A stretch of 30,009 bases of DNA from Planctomycetota bacterium (GTDB lineage Bacteria; Planctomycetota; Phycisphaerae; Sedimentisphaerales; Anaerohalosphaeraceae). This document shows positions 9,989 to 18,503 of the stretch, one piece after another; within the stretch, counting starts at the first letter, position 1; each line of letters starts with the position of its first letter. Under the pieces are notes generated by a model. It was not told where the DNA came from and made no database searches. It was given only the letters and a program-made list of their open reading frames with translations. The stretch lies in the NCBI GenBank assembly GCA_019456245.1, contig VRUF01000009.1, positions 1-30,009 of the forward strand, given 5' to 3'. A program made the position numbers and the translations under genes.

Positions 9989-10654
9989 ATGGGCAATACA
10001 GGATTGGTAGCCAAGTTCCTCAAGAACGGCTTTTACAATTGTGAAGACGTGGAGATCATCGAACTGCTGCTAAGACTTCATCTCGATACTCTTGACTATC
10101 GTTTCGAGGCCCAAGTGCTCCTTGATCACTATGGCAGTTTGTCCAAGGTGATTGATGCTGCCGCAGATACTCCCTTCGACGGTTCACCCATCAGGAATGA
10201 TTATCGCCTCGGACTAAGACTTCCTCACGAGATAGCCAACAGATACCTGTTTGACAGATTGAAGCAGAAACCCCTGGTCGGATCGCCAGAGTCTGTTGTG
10301 GATTATCTCACACACTCAATGAAAGGGCTAAAAAGAGAACATTTCAAGGTGTTGTACTTGGATGGCATGAACAGACTTATAGCAGATGAAGACGTTTCCA
10401 CCGGAACAGTTGGCCAGGCAATGGTCTATCCTCGTGAGGTTATGAAGTCCGCTTTAAGGCATAGTGCGGCAGGACTCATACTTGCCCACAATCATGTTTC
10501 TGGGAATCCCAAGCCAAGCCAGGATGATATCAGGATAACCGAGAAACTAAGTAATGCGGCAAGCCTGTTCGACATTGTTGTTCATGATCATATCCTCATA
10601 GGTGGAAACAGTTATTTCAGCTTTGCTGATAAAGGGCTGATTCAGAAGGCCTAA
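9989..10654 (+). CDS. radC: RadC-family JAB-domain protein
   Basis: EHFKVLYLD, VYPREV, LAHNHVSG..PSQDD, HDHILIG, YFSF..KGLI; start placed at ATG 9989 (uncertain). Confidence 0.9.
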   Translation: MGNTGLVAKFLKNGFYNCEDVEIIELLLRLHLDTLDYRFEAQVLLDHYGSLSKVIDAAADTPFDGSPIRNDYRLGLRLPHEIANRYLFDRLKQKPLVGSPESVVDYLTHSMKGLKREHFKVLYLDGMNRLIADEDVSTGTVGQAMVYPREVMKSALRHSAAGLILAHNHVSGNPKPSQDDIRITEKLSNAASLFDIVVHDHILIGGNSYFSFADKGLIQKA

Positions 10655-10667
10655 TCAAATATAGAAG

Positions 10668-10943
10668 ATGGTGACCGATTACCAATTGCGGAGGGCTGTA
10701 ACGTCTTTGGCATACAGGAGAAAATTGCTCGACGGAATGGAAGAACTAGAAGACATAGTTCGGAAGTATCTGGTTGACCACGATTTCAGCATAATCAGAA
10801 TTGGTGGCTATGATGTATTAGCTGAGAACGGCCAGATCATGTTGGCCGAAGCACCTATGGTGGATGTGAGCCAATTACACCTGCCGCTTTATGCGGCTCA
10901 CGATAATGAAAAAGATAGATCAGAAGCACGTAACCTGGACTGA
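10668..10943 (+). CDS. Hypothetical small protein, copy 1
   Basis: 91 aa; paralog at 12157 with synonymous differences at the 5' end, supporting coding status. Confidence 0.75.
   Translation: MVTDYQLRRAVTSLAYRRKLLDGMEELEDIVRKYLVDHDFSIIRIGGYDVLAENGQIMLAEAPMVDVSQLHLPLYAAHDNEKDRSEARNLD
10713..10814 (+). repeat. 102-bp perfect direct repeat, copy 1 (copy 2 at 12202-12303)
   Basis: TACAGGAGAAAATTG...GGCTATGAT identical at both loci, offset 1489 bp. Confidence 0.95.
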
Positions 10944-10958
10944 GGTAGGAGGGATTCG

Positions 10959-11288
10959 ATGAACCTGCTGCCAGACGAAATCATAAGGAAGCTACCGACT
11001 TTATACGAGCAGGAAAACCTCGGAGCAGACGCCATCGCCTATGTGAAGTACTTCACACCCGATTCGAGTTGGACCTGGTACGCCACTGAATTCGACGGTA
11101 AGGACACATTCTTCGGTCTCGTGGATGGATTCGAGAAAGAACTCGGATATTTCAGCCTCTTGGAACTGAAGGCCGCGCATGGTCCGCTGGGGCTTCCCAT
11201 CGAACGTGACCTGTACTGGAATCCAAAGACGCTCAGAGAGATCAGCCCGGAGCTGTTTGGAGGACCAGATAGGGATTATACTCTTTAG
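10959..11288 (+). CDS. DUF2958-family protein
   Basis: KYFTPDSSWTWYATEFD...FFGLVDG..ELGYFSL.EL...LPIERDL; RBS AGGAGG upstream. Confidence 0.85.
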   Translation: MNLLPDEIIRKLPTLYEQENLGADAIAYVKYFTPDSSWTWYATEFDGKDTFFGLVDGFEKELGYFSLLELKAAHGPLGLPIERDLYWNPKTLREISPELFGGPDRDYTL

Positions 11289-11421
11289 GTGCCTCCTGAG
11301 CGATTGGAGGGGAAAAGGCCCAAGGAGTTTTCAACAGAGTGGGTTGATGGAGAAGGTATAGTCTATCCGCAAAAGTCTATAGGGAATCCCGAATAAAGAA
11401 AGACTTAATAATGACTGAAGT

Positions 11422-11718
11422 TTGGTCATGGTAATGGTTTCGAGAATTGAGATAGATGTTAGAAATACAATAGCGCTTCTCCTTAGACAATTCCTGCAAC
11501 AATCGAAGGGGCAGAGGAAGTACTTATCAAGAGTGATAGAAGAATATATTTCTCAAGTACTATTCTATAATGAAAGTCAGTTAAGTAATCCTATAAAGTC
11601 AATTTTGGATAAATTCAATGGATTTCATCACTGGGGGAGTGCCACGCATAAGCCACTCTATACGTTAAGAGAGCTAAGAATAATAATGAATCTTCTAAAC
11701 GAAGAAGCCCCAAATTGA
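11422..11718 (+). CDS. Possible hypothetical protein
   Basis: 98 aa AT-rich ORF ending inside a hairpin; no family recognised. Confidence 0.35.
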   Translation: MVMVMVSRIEIDVRNTIALLLRQFLQQSKGQRKYLSRVIEEYISQVLFYNESQLSNPIKSILDKFNGFHHWGSATHKPLYTLRELRIIMNLLNEEAPN

Positions 11719-11729
11719 ATTGGGGCTTC
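11704..11729. terminator. Hairpin, possible bidirectional terminator
   Basis: GAAGCCCCAA-attgaa-TTGGGGCTTC, 10-bp perfect stem between convergent ORFs. Confidence 0.6.
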
Positions 11730-11791
11730 ACCGGCTAGTTTGTTGGCGTAATCTCGAGCATGCTCTCTAAGATTACAGACCAATTCCTCTA

Positions 11792-11992
11792 TCAATCGTC
11801 ACCCCAATCAGAATCTACTTGCCCGTTCTGATCAATGCGCGTGACGATATGGACTGGAACAGGATCTGGTCCCTTATCCAAGTGGTCAACCACATCTACA
11901 TACGGTCCCTTATGCTGAATCTGGGTTAGATGGTCAGGGGTGCCAATATCGAAAGTCTGACCAGGGTTAATCTGTCCTAGAGACTTTTCCAT
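11792..11992 (-). CDS. Small hypothetical protein
   Basis: 66 aa with AAAGGGAG RBS ahead of the ATG. Confidence 0.45.
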   Translation of the reverse strand: MEKSLGQINPGQTFDIGTPDHLTQIQHKGPYVDVVDHLDKGPDPVPVHIVTRIDQNGQVDSDWGDD

Positions 11993-12064
11993 TGTTTCTC
12001 CCTTTCATTATGGGGTTTCGTGCGGACTTCACGGACTGATACGCATGAATCCTACATTTGTTCC

Positions 12065-12156
12065 ATCCTGTTCAACGCGATACTCATGTAAACATCATTG
12101 TCGGCTGGAACGGGTATACCAGTTTTCAGAAGGAGGGGTTGATAAAGAAGGTTTGA
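12065..12156 (+). pseudogene. Degenerate radC C-terminal remnant
   Basis: Translates ILFNAILM*/IIVGWNGYTSFQKEGLIKKV* (one stop, one frameshift) and aligns with SLFDIVVHDHILIGGNSYFSFADKGLIQKA* of the intact radC; directly precedes the second copy of the small gene. Confidence 0.7.
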
Positions 12157-12396
12157 ATGGTAACTGACTACCAGCTCCTTCGGGCAGCGCAATCTTTGGC
12201 GTACAGGAGAAAATTGCTCGACGGAATGGAAGAACTAGAAGACATAGTTCGGAAGTATCTGGTTGACCACGATTTCAGCATAATCAGAATTGGTGGCTAT
12301 GATTTATTAGCTGAGAACGGTCAGATCAGGTTGGCCGAAGCACCGATGGTGCTTGCAGATCAGTTACGGCTTCCGCTGGAAATTGTTGGAGATTAA
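12157..12396 (+). CDS. Hypothetical small protein, copy 2 (paralog of 10668-10943)
   Basis: 79 aa, near-identical central region. Confidence 0.75.
   Translation: MVTDYQLLRAAQSLAYRRKLLDGMEELEDIVRKYLVDHDFSIIRIGGYDLLAENGQIRLAEAPMVLADQLRLPLEIVGD
12202..12303 (+). repeat. 102-bp perfect direct repeat, copy 2
   Basis: Identical to 10713-10814. Confidence 0.95.
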
Positions 12397-12508
12397 GAAG
12401 AAGAGGAGATTTCTTCCGAGTGAACCCCTCTTCGCTCAATACCAACTTTTTAATCTTATATCTTACGAGAGCATTCTCTCGTTAGGGATGTGGTGGCACT
12501 GTGCTCGT

Positions 12509-12670
12509 CTACCCATCATCACTCCCAGTGTCATCACCCGTATCTATTTCCTGATCAATAGTAGGAGTAGCGTCCGATTCTGAAGGCTCAGACGGCCCCT
12601 CATAGCTTTTTCCAATATCTACACTCCCTTCGTCAATGCGTTCTCGTTCTTCATGCTCACGCTCGCTCAA
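12509..12670 (-). CDS. 53-aa highly acidic peptide (below ORF-track cutoff)
   Basis: AGGAAGGAG RBS 7 nt before TTG; MSEREHEERERIDEGSVDIGKSYEGPSEPSESDATPTIDQEIDTGDDTGSDDG*; 19 D/E versus 4 K/R. Confidence 0.55.
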   Translation of the reverse strand: MSEREHEERERIDEGSVDIGKSYEGPSEPSESDATPTIDQEIDTGDDTGSDDG

Positions 12671-12713
12671 CTGGTATCTCCTTCCTGTTATCTTTGTTAC
12701 AAAGCACTTTCTC

Positions 12714-13310
12714 TTATTTTATGAATTGTATAAAACTGATTTCATCCCAAGGTACATAGACACCGCCGCTCCCACGGTGTTCTATCCATTTCTTTTTATT
12801 TACATAAAATGTCTTGTTTAAATATATGTCCCTGCCTATCTCAGGGTTCGCTCCGATGAACGCCTTTGAATCTAATTTTCCTCTTATTACCTTACCAGAT
12901 TTAAGTAGTATTTTCAGATAAACTTCCCTTTTCTGAAGATAAAAATAGTTGTCCCACGCTGAAGGCATGGACGAAATTGTCATCGATAACTTCTTTCTTA
13001 TCCATCGAGTGGAATGACTCCCAATGAAATTTACTCCAATCGCAGAAGTGATTGGGCTTATCACAAGGAGAACTGATAGTAAAAACCAGAACAATAAAGG
13101 AGAATCATTAAGAAGGGTCGATTCTGCCAGTAAAAAAAATGCCCACCCCCAAATAGCCAAGTTAATGGATCCGTAAGTCAAAGTCTGAATTAAAAACCTC
13201 GTTCCCTCGGTAGTCTGACGAGGTCTGATCACTCCCATGAAGGCAGTGCATATAAACCCTGGTACAAAAAACACTATAGCAATGAAGAGCCCTTCTAGCG
13301 TTGTTGGCAT
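12714..13310 (-). CDS. DUF6338-like membrane protein
   Basis: IAIVFFVPGFI, three hydrophobic segments, SAWDNYF, LKSGKVIRG, RDIYL, GGVYVPWDEISFIQF. Confidence 0.75.
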   Translation of the reverse strand: MPTTLEGLFIAIVFFVPGFICTAFMGVIRPRQTTEGTRFLIQTLTYGSINLAIWGWAFFLLAESTLLNDSPLLFWFLLSVLLVISPITSAIGVNFIGSHSTRWIRKKLSMTISSMPSAWDNYFYLQKREVYLKILLKSGKVIRGKLDSKAFIGANPEIGRDIYLNKTFYVNKKKWIEHRGSGGVYVPWDEISFIQFIK

Positions 13311-13614
13311 TTTGTCCCGCTTGACTTACATGGCATAGTGAATTGGATCTCCTCTCAAATTTAATGATCGATTGGAAGAGCATCAACCCATATCCCCCAA
13401 GTAATAGTCTCCGGTCTCAAGCGCAACAAGCACACTAAGCGCACAGAGCAAACGCCCCCTTCGACACTGAAGGGTATGTTCCCTTCAAGAAAGGAACCTA
13501 ACATGAACAATCCATTTGATCCAGATAGAATCGAATCCTTTATGGAGCAGATGGCTCACTGAGAAAATCAAAGGTCATGTTAAATCTAGAAAAACTGGAT
13601 GATGAAGAAGTATT

Positions 13615-13686
13615 GACTACGTCCCCTTGGGACAAGGCTTGAGATTTTTCAGGGAGTATTTGGAGTATGTGGTTGGGATCTTGTAA
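13615..13686 (+). repeat. Dispersed repeat copy A (DYVPLGQGLRFFREYLEYVVGIL*)
   Basis: 26 bp (13654-13679) identical to 18397-18422; peptide-level match to copies B and C. Confidence 0.85.
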
Positions 13687-13736
13687 CTCTAGGATTAAAG
13701 AAATTTAGGCAAACAACCGAATGAACAGACAAGTGT

Positions 13737-15152
13737 TCAAGCAAATGGGATATGGCGCAAGCGAGAAATAATATGCTGTTTTATATCTTCCCTTCTCCCT
13801 AATGAAACAATATCTGGGAAAAGCACATAGAGTCGCAATATATAAAGAAAATGATCAGAAAGGATTTTCATTAGCGAGTTATCCATTTCCATTATGGTCC
13901 TTGGCTCATCATTATCTTCTTTTATGAAGATTGATCTTCCAAGTTGCTCATAATGACTCTCTTTTGGATCTAACATTTCGGATACTGGCATTCTACTACC
14001 CATCGAAGTTATCGAGTTTATGGGAATTTCAACAACTTCCCAAAGGTCTTCAGGAATATCATATCTCTTTGCTAAATCCGGTATGAGACTTTCCAACTCG
14101 TTGACCATTGAAGCAAATCCCTGCTGATGATCACGAGTCCCGAGATGCTCATAAGATACAATTGCCTTAGGAGGCTGCCTATATAGTATAGAATCTGCTT
14201 TTATTTTCAGAATCCTATCATTATTTCTTATCTGTTTTATCTTCTCGAGTATGAAATGATCGTTAAAATCGCGCCATGCTCCATTTTCAATCTTATCTTG
14301 AATTACAGATTTTGTGCAATCGAGATCATCATCTAATAATGCCATAATTAGGTCTTGAAGAATTTTTTCAATACCAGAAGTTGTCTTATGATAAACGATT
14401 TGCTTGTATTGAAAATACCGAGAGATTAAGAAGTGATCAGCAGCTGCCAAAGCCTTATAAGGAAGGCACAACCTATTATTTTTACCGCCGACTGTAAACT
14501 GGCTAATTAAGTAATTAATATCATGTAAGCCGTAAGGAAGGGCTGTTAGGTGAGCAGTACGTAGTAAATAATCAATGCGGTCTGCGTCTAAATCGGAGTT
14601 GAGAAGACTAGGGAAACGAACTTCGGGACTATGAGGTCTTAGTAATTCGGAAATTAACTTGGCGCTAATATTTTCAGAATCTAACACTTGGTTTATGCCT
14701 GGATCTTTGAGTATTATTTGCCTGCCAAGCCTATCATGGGAATAATATTCTTGGATTGAATGACCGTTTCTATGAGAATTAGAATTTATTGTCTGCAATG
14801 TGTAGTAATTACTTACGGATTTTTCCATAACATGAGAAAATGGATAATGGCCAATATCATGGAGTAGTGCTGCCAGTCGATAATATTGGATCTCGTCTTC
14901 TGATATACCCAAACTTTTATTTTTCATTCTTAACGAATTGAGTATGCGTCCAGCGATGTGGCACGTACCAATAGAATGGGTCAACCGAGAACACTCAGCG
15001 CTGGGGTAAACGTAATGAATTAAACCCAGTTGTCTTATGTTACGAAGGCGTTGAAAGGTAGGAGTACGGATGATTTTGGTCTCGAGCTCACTAAGTCCTA
15101 TTAATCCATGAAGAGGATCAGATATATTTATATGGTGGTATCTACTGGACAA
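13737..15152 (-). CDS. HD-domain phosphohydrolase, YwfO/SAMHD1-like (putative dNTP triphosphohydrolase)
   Basis: DPLHG, FQRLRNIRQLG, RLTHSIG, LLHDIGHYPFSH, DADRIDYLLR. Confidence 0.9.
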   Translation of the reverse strand: MSSRYHHINISDPLHGLIGLSELETKIIRTPTFQRLRNIRQLGLIHYVYPSAECSRLTHSIGTCHIAGRILNSLRMKNKSLGISEDEIQYYRLAALLHDIGHYPFSHVMEKSVSNYYTLQTINSNSHRNGHSIQEYYSHDRLGRQIILKDPGINQVLDSENISAKLISELLRPHSPEVRFPSLLNSDLDADRIDYLLRTAHLTALPYGLHDINYLISQFTVGGKNNRLCLPYKALAAADHFLISRYFQYKQIVYHKTTSGIEKILQDLIMALLDDDLDCTKSVIQDKIENGAWRDFNDHFILEKIKQIRNNDRILKIKADSILYRQPPKAIVSYEHLGTRDHQQGFASMVNELESLIPDLAKRYDIPEDLWEVVEIPINSITSMGSRMPVSEMLDPKESHYEQLGRSIFIKEDNDEPRTIMEMDNSLMKILSDHFLYILRLYVLFPDIVSLGRREDIKQHIISRLRHIPFA

Positions 15153-15175
15153 TTAGCAAAATATCGATTATCAAA

Positions 15176-15664
15176 CTACAATAGGCTTACATTCTTTAGT
15201 TCGGCCTCTGCCTTAGAAATATACTTAGATAATTCAGGTTTTTCCCTCCCTAGATAGGTCCGTGACTTCCGATAAGAGAACTCGGAAACTTTCTGCAAGT
15301 AATGAAGAGATGCTAGTAGCTCCACCCACTGATGAGTCTCCAGATCAGGTTTGTCTTTTGAATAGATCAGGTCACATATCTTATGAATAACTGAGGTATA
15401 AGATTCGATTATTGTCTTACCTTCGAGCAATTTAGGATTGATCAAATAGGCTTGCATTAAGGCATTGTAATCCTCTGCCAGCGCTGGACTATATGGTCCC
15501 TTTGAATCCCATATATACCTATACCCGAGGTCTGCTCCATCATATTGAGCTAAATAAACAGCTTTTTGCGTCATTTTTCGTCCTTCAAACTTTTCAATAT
15601 CATGGGGCTCGATTCTAAGTTCTCTAAGATATACCCCTAGTGCGATAAGTCTAGCGTCCTTCAT
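15176..15664 (-). CDS. YwgA/SocA(DUF4065)-like protein
   Basis: RKMTQKAVYL...LGYRY.W...GPYS..L pattern; ELLASLHY; RBS AAGGAGG. Confidence 0.7.
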   Translation of the reverse strand: MKDARLIALGVYLRELRIEPHDIEKFEGRKMTQKAVYLAQYDGADLGYRYIWDSKGPYSPALAEDYNALMQAYLINPKLLEGKTIIESYTSVIHKICDLIYSKDKPDLETHQWVELLASLHYLQKVSEFSYRKSRTYLGREKPELSKYISKAEAELKNVSLL

Positions 15665-16166
15665 TTTGCCTCCTTCTGTGATATTGAATTGAGTTCATAT
15701 ATACTTGGTCAAAGCATCGAATGCTTAATTTGCCCTAATTGTCTTATAATATCAAATATCCTTCATATAATCTACGTGAAATTCATTTATCGTAAGTCGC
15801 TGTTATATATAAACTTAACACATTTCATAGAATAAGCGCATACCTCTTCATTGAGTTGCCTCAACATCGATATCGGCAGAAAATATGATACCTTGAGTTT
15901 CACAACCGGTCTGACCTTGGATAGTACTATCTTCTCTTCCTATTTACAAGAGCTTTCTGTGAAATAAATCACACGCTTTGGGTCATCCCTTATTCTATCG
16001 AGGTCCTGCCCGAGCACCCTATGACATGGTGTAGATTAGGTTTTGTGAAGTAGAATACCTGTCTGTCCACAAGGCTCTCAGTGATGGTCAACCAAAGAGT
16101 ATGCTTGAAGAAGCCTGTAGGTTTACTCACCACCTCAGAACCAGGATACTTTATGACGGCAGAATC

Positions 16167-16238
16167 GACGGCGTTGGTATGGGTCAGGGATTGAGATTCC
16201 TAAAGGAGTATTTGGGGTATATTGTAATCAGCCTGTGA
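16167..16238 (+). repeat. Dispersed repeat copy B (end of a 45-aa mini-ORF, 16101-16238)
   Basis: DGVGMGQGLRFLKEYLGYIVISL*. Confidence 0.75.
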
Positions 16239-16324
16239 TCGATGAAGGCTATGCACGAATTCTAACATTGAGGTTTACGTACTCTTGAGCAATATTATTC
16301 GTAAATTCAATTGTAGGAGGTACT

Positions 16325-18259
16325 ATGAAACTAGAGAAGATAACGATAAAGAACGTAAGAAGTTTTAAATCCCAGACACCTGTATCATTTGGCGAAAAAG
16401 TCTCAATCTTGATAGGCCCAAACGCCGGAGGAAAGAGCAATCTTTTAGACATCATTACTATTGCTATGAGATCCTTTTTATTTAAGACGTATGCAGAATA
16501 TAGGCGTGAAAGAAATGGATATTTCTATACTGACATCGAGGAAAAGTCAGTTTTTAAAGATACAAGTATAATTCTGGAGAAATTTTCTGGTGACGATTCA
16601 GACTCAAGCATTATCATTACTATTCGACCAAGCCATGAAGACTTGTTGAACATGAGAATGATACAAGACAACACTGAAAGGTTCCTTGACCTGCTAGGTA
16701 CTAAATACAAAAATAAGCCATTGAGCGACCTTTCTTTCCTGGCAACGTGGGATTTTGAGGATTTGGAACAACTTCCCTCCTTATCATATAGATATATCAA
16801 TAACCAGCTCCAAAGTCCAGAACTGGCTACACCAGCTGATTTCTATCTCCAATACCTTCAATATTTTGATTTTTTCCTGCTGCTATCTCGTCGCTTGCCG
16901 GACATAGATCTAAAGCCAACGTTTCTCTATTTTTCTCCCTATAGACAAGCAACTCAAGAAAGTCTAAGGATCTCATTGTCAGGACAAACATACTCCGACC
17001 TGTTGACGAGCTACTTTGGTTCTACATCCCATTCTCCACAGACGACAATCATTCAATTGGCAACTAGTTATTTCGCCCAAAAGAGGCGCGAATACGAAAT
17101 TCAAGGCCGAACTGAAGGATGGGAAAATAGCTGGATCAACGATGAAGAGGTAGGTCTTTTAACCAAGTATTTGAACCTCTTAGGGTACGACTGGGACATG
17201 GAGATTCTTCATGACTCCAGTAACATCTATGCCATTCAATTAAAAAGGGGTAGTTCTCTACTAGAATTGAATAGGGCAAGTTCTGGGGAGAAAGAAATAG
17301 TCAATTTTCTTATGGGAATATTTTCATTTAATATTAGAAATGGACTCATTATCATAGACGAGCCGGAATTACATCTTCATCCTAAGTGGCAAAGGACGTT
17401 GATAGATTTATTCCAAACTATGGCAGAAGATACAGGGAATCAATTCATATTAGCAACTCATTCACCAGCATTAATTACTGAAAAAACAATTGATAGCGTA
17501 TTAAGAGTCTATAGTGATAATACAGGATCGAGTAAGGTCATGAAGATAGTTAATGAGTCAATTGGCGATGCAAGAGACATTCTTCACATTGTTAACTCAC
17601 ACCATAATGAGAAACTATTTTTCGCAGACAGGGTAGTGTTGGTCGAAGGACCGACAGATAGACTGATATTTGAATCGATGATAGGAAAATATCTAGCGAA
17701 AAAAGAAATAGTTATTGAAGTGTTAGATGTAGGAGGGAAACACAATTTTGATAAGTATATAAATTTCTTGAATAGTATCGAAGTTAAAAATGCAATAGTA
17801 GGGGATTTGGACTACGTCTTTGATATTGGAAATGAGGTGATTAAGAAGCTGTTTTTAACGGACTATCAAGGAATAGACGAGAAAATAATTAAGAAAAAGA
17901 AGAGTAAGGACAGAAAAACACTTGCTGAGAAGTTGGAAAGTGCATTAGAAACAAACCAATTAGGTGAACTTAAGGAATTCTGGAAGTACCTAAAGAGCAG
18001 GCAATACAAGCTACGTGGTGATCTAAGCCGAATAGAAAAACAAACATTAGATGATTTTATCAATGAGCTAAGGGAGCGTTTAATATTCATATTACGTCAA
18101 GGAGAAATAGAAGATTACCTACCTGACGGCTATAAGGATTTGGACGGAGTAATTGAGTTGGTTATAGAAGAGAACTTTGATAAATGGTTGAAAGATATGG
18201 AGTGCACCGAAGGATTGGAGGAATTGAAACTAATAGTAAGAGCAATCATCGATGCCTGA
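16325..18259 (+). CDS. OLD-family ATP-dependent nuclease (ABC ATPase + Toprim)
   Basis: Walker A GPNAGGKS, signature SSGEKE, Walker B IIIDEPELHLHP, ATHSP; Toprim VVLVEGPTD, VGGK, IVGDLD. Confidence 0.9.
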   Translation: MKLEKITIKNVRSFKSQTPVSFGEKVSILIGPNAGGKSNLLDIITIAMRSFLFKTYAEYRRERNGYFYTDIEEKSVFKDTSIILEKFSGDDSDSSIIITIRPSHEDLLNMRMIQDNTERFLDLLGTKYKNKPLSDLSFLATWDFEDLEQLPSLSYRYINNQLQSPELATPADFYLQYLQYFDFFLLLSRRLPDIDLKPTFLYFSPYRQATQESLRISLSGQTYSDLLTSYFGSTSHSPQTTIIQLATSYFAQKRREYEIQGRTEGWENSWINDEEVGLLTKYLNLLGYDWDMEILHDSSNIYAIQLKRGSSLLELNRASSGEKEIVNFLMGIFSFNIRNGLIIIDEPELHLHPKWQRTLIDLFQTMAEDTGNQFILATHSPALITEKTIDSVLRVYSDNTGSSKVMKIVNESIGDARDILHIVNSHHNEKLFFADRVVLVEGPTDRLIFESMIGKYLAKKEIVIEVLDVGGKHNFDKYINFLNSIEVKNAIVGDLDYVFDIGNEVIKKLFLTDYQGIDEKIIKKKKSKDRKTLAEKLESALETNQLGELKEFWKYLKSRQYKLRGDLSRIEKQTLDDFINELRERLIFILRQGEIEDYLPDGYKDLDGVIELVIEENFDKWLKDMECTEGLEELKLIVRAIIDA

Positions 18260-18357
18260 TGATCATTTTATTGATACTGACGCATAATCAACCATTCATA
18301 GAGCTCAGAAAAGCTTAACGCTATTCATTTACTCAGAAAAAGGCCATGAGAAAAATG

Positions 18358-18441
18358 GACTACATCACCATAGGACAGGGCCTGAGATTCCTCAAAGAGT
18401 ATTTGGAGTATGTGGTTGGGATAGAGGATTGTCACCGATGA
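18358..18441 (+). repeat. Dispersed repeat copy C (end of a 31-aa mini-ORF, 18346-18441)
   Basis: DYITIGQGLRFLKEYLEYVVGIEDCHR*. Confidence 0.85.
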
Positions 18442-18503
18442 ACATTGATAGTTATTGCTTTAGTGAGAGATGAAACCTTTGCTCTTCAAAAACATATACT
18501 TAT

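Noticed and set aside
15665-16100. Small palindromes (AAGCAT-cga-ATGCTT, TTGAG-ttgc-CTCAA) in the AT-rich spacer
   Set aside because: Stems of 5-6 bp are expected by chance; no repetition elsewhere.
13615-18441. Classical integron attC sites or CRISPR repeats
   Set aside because: The copies lack RYYYAAC/GTTRRRY ends and an extended palindrome, are more than 2 kb apart, and vary mainly at synonymous positions.
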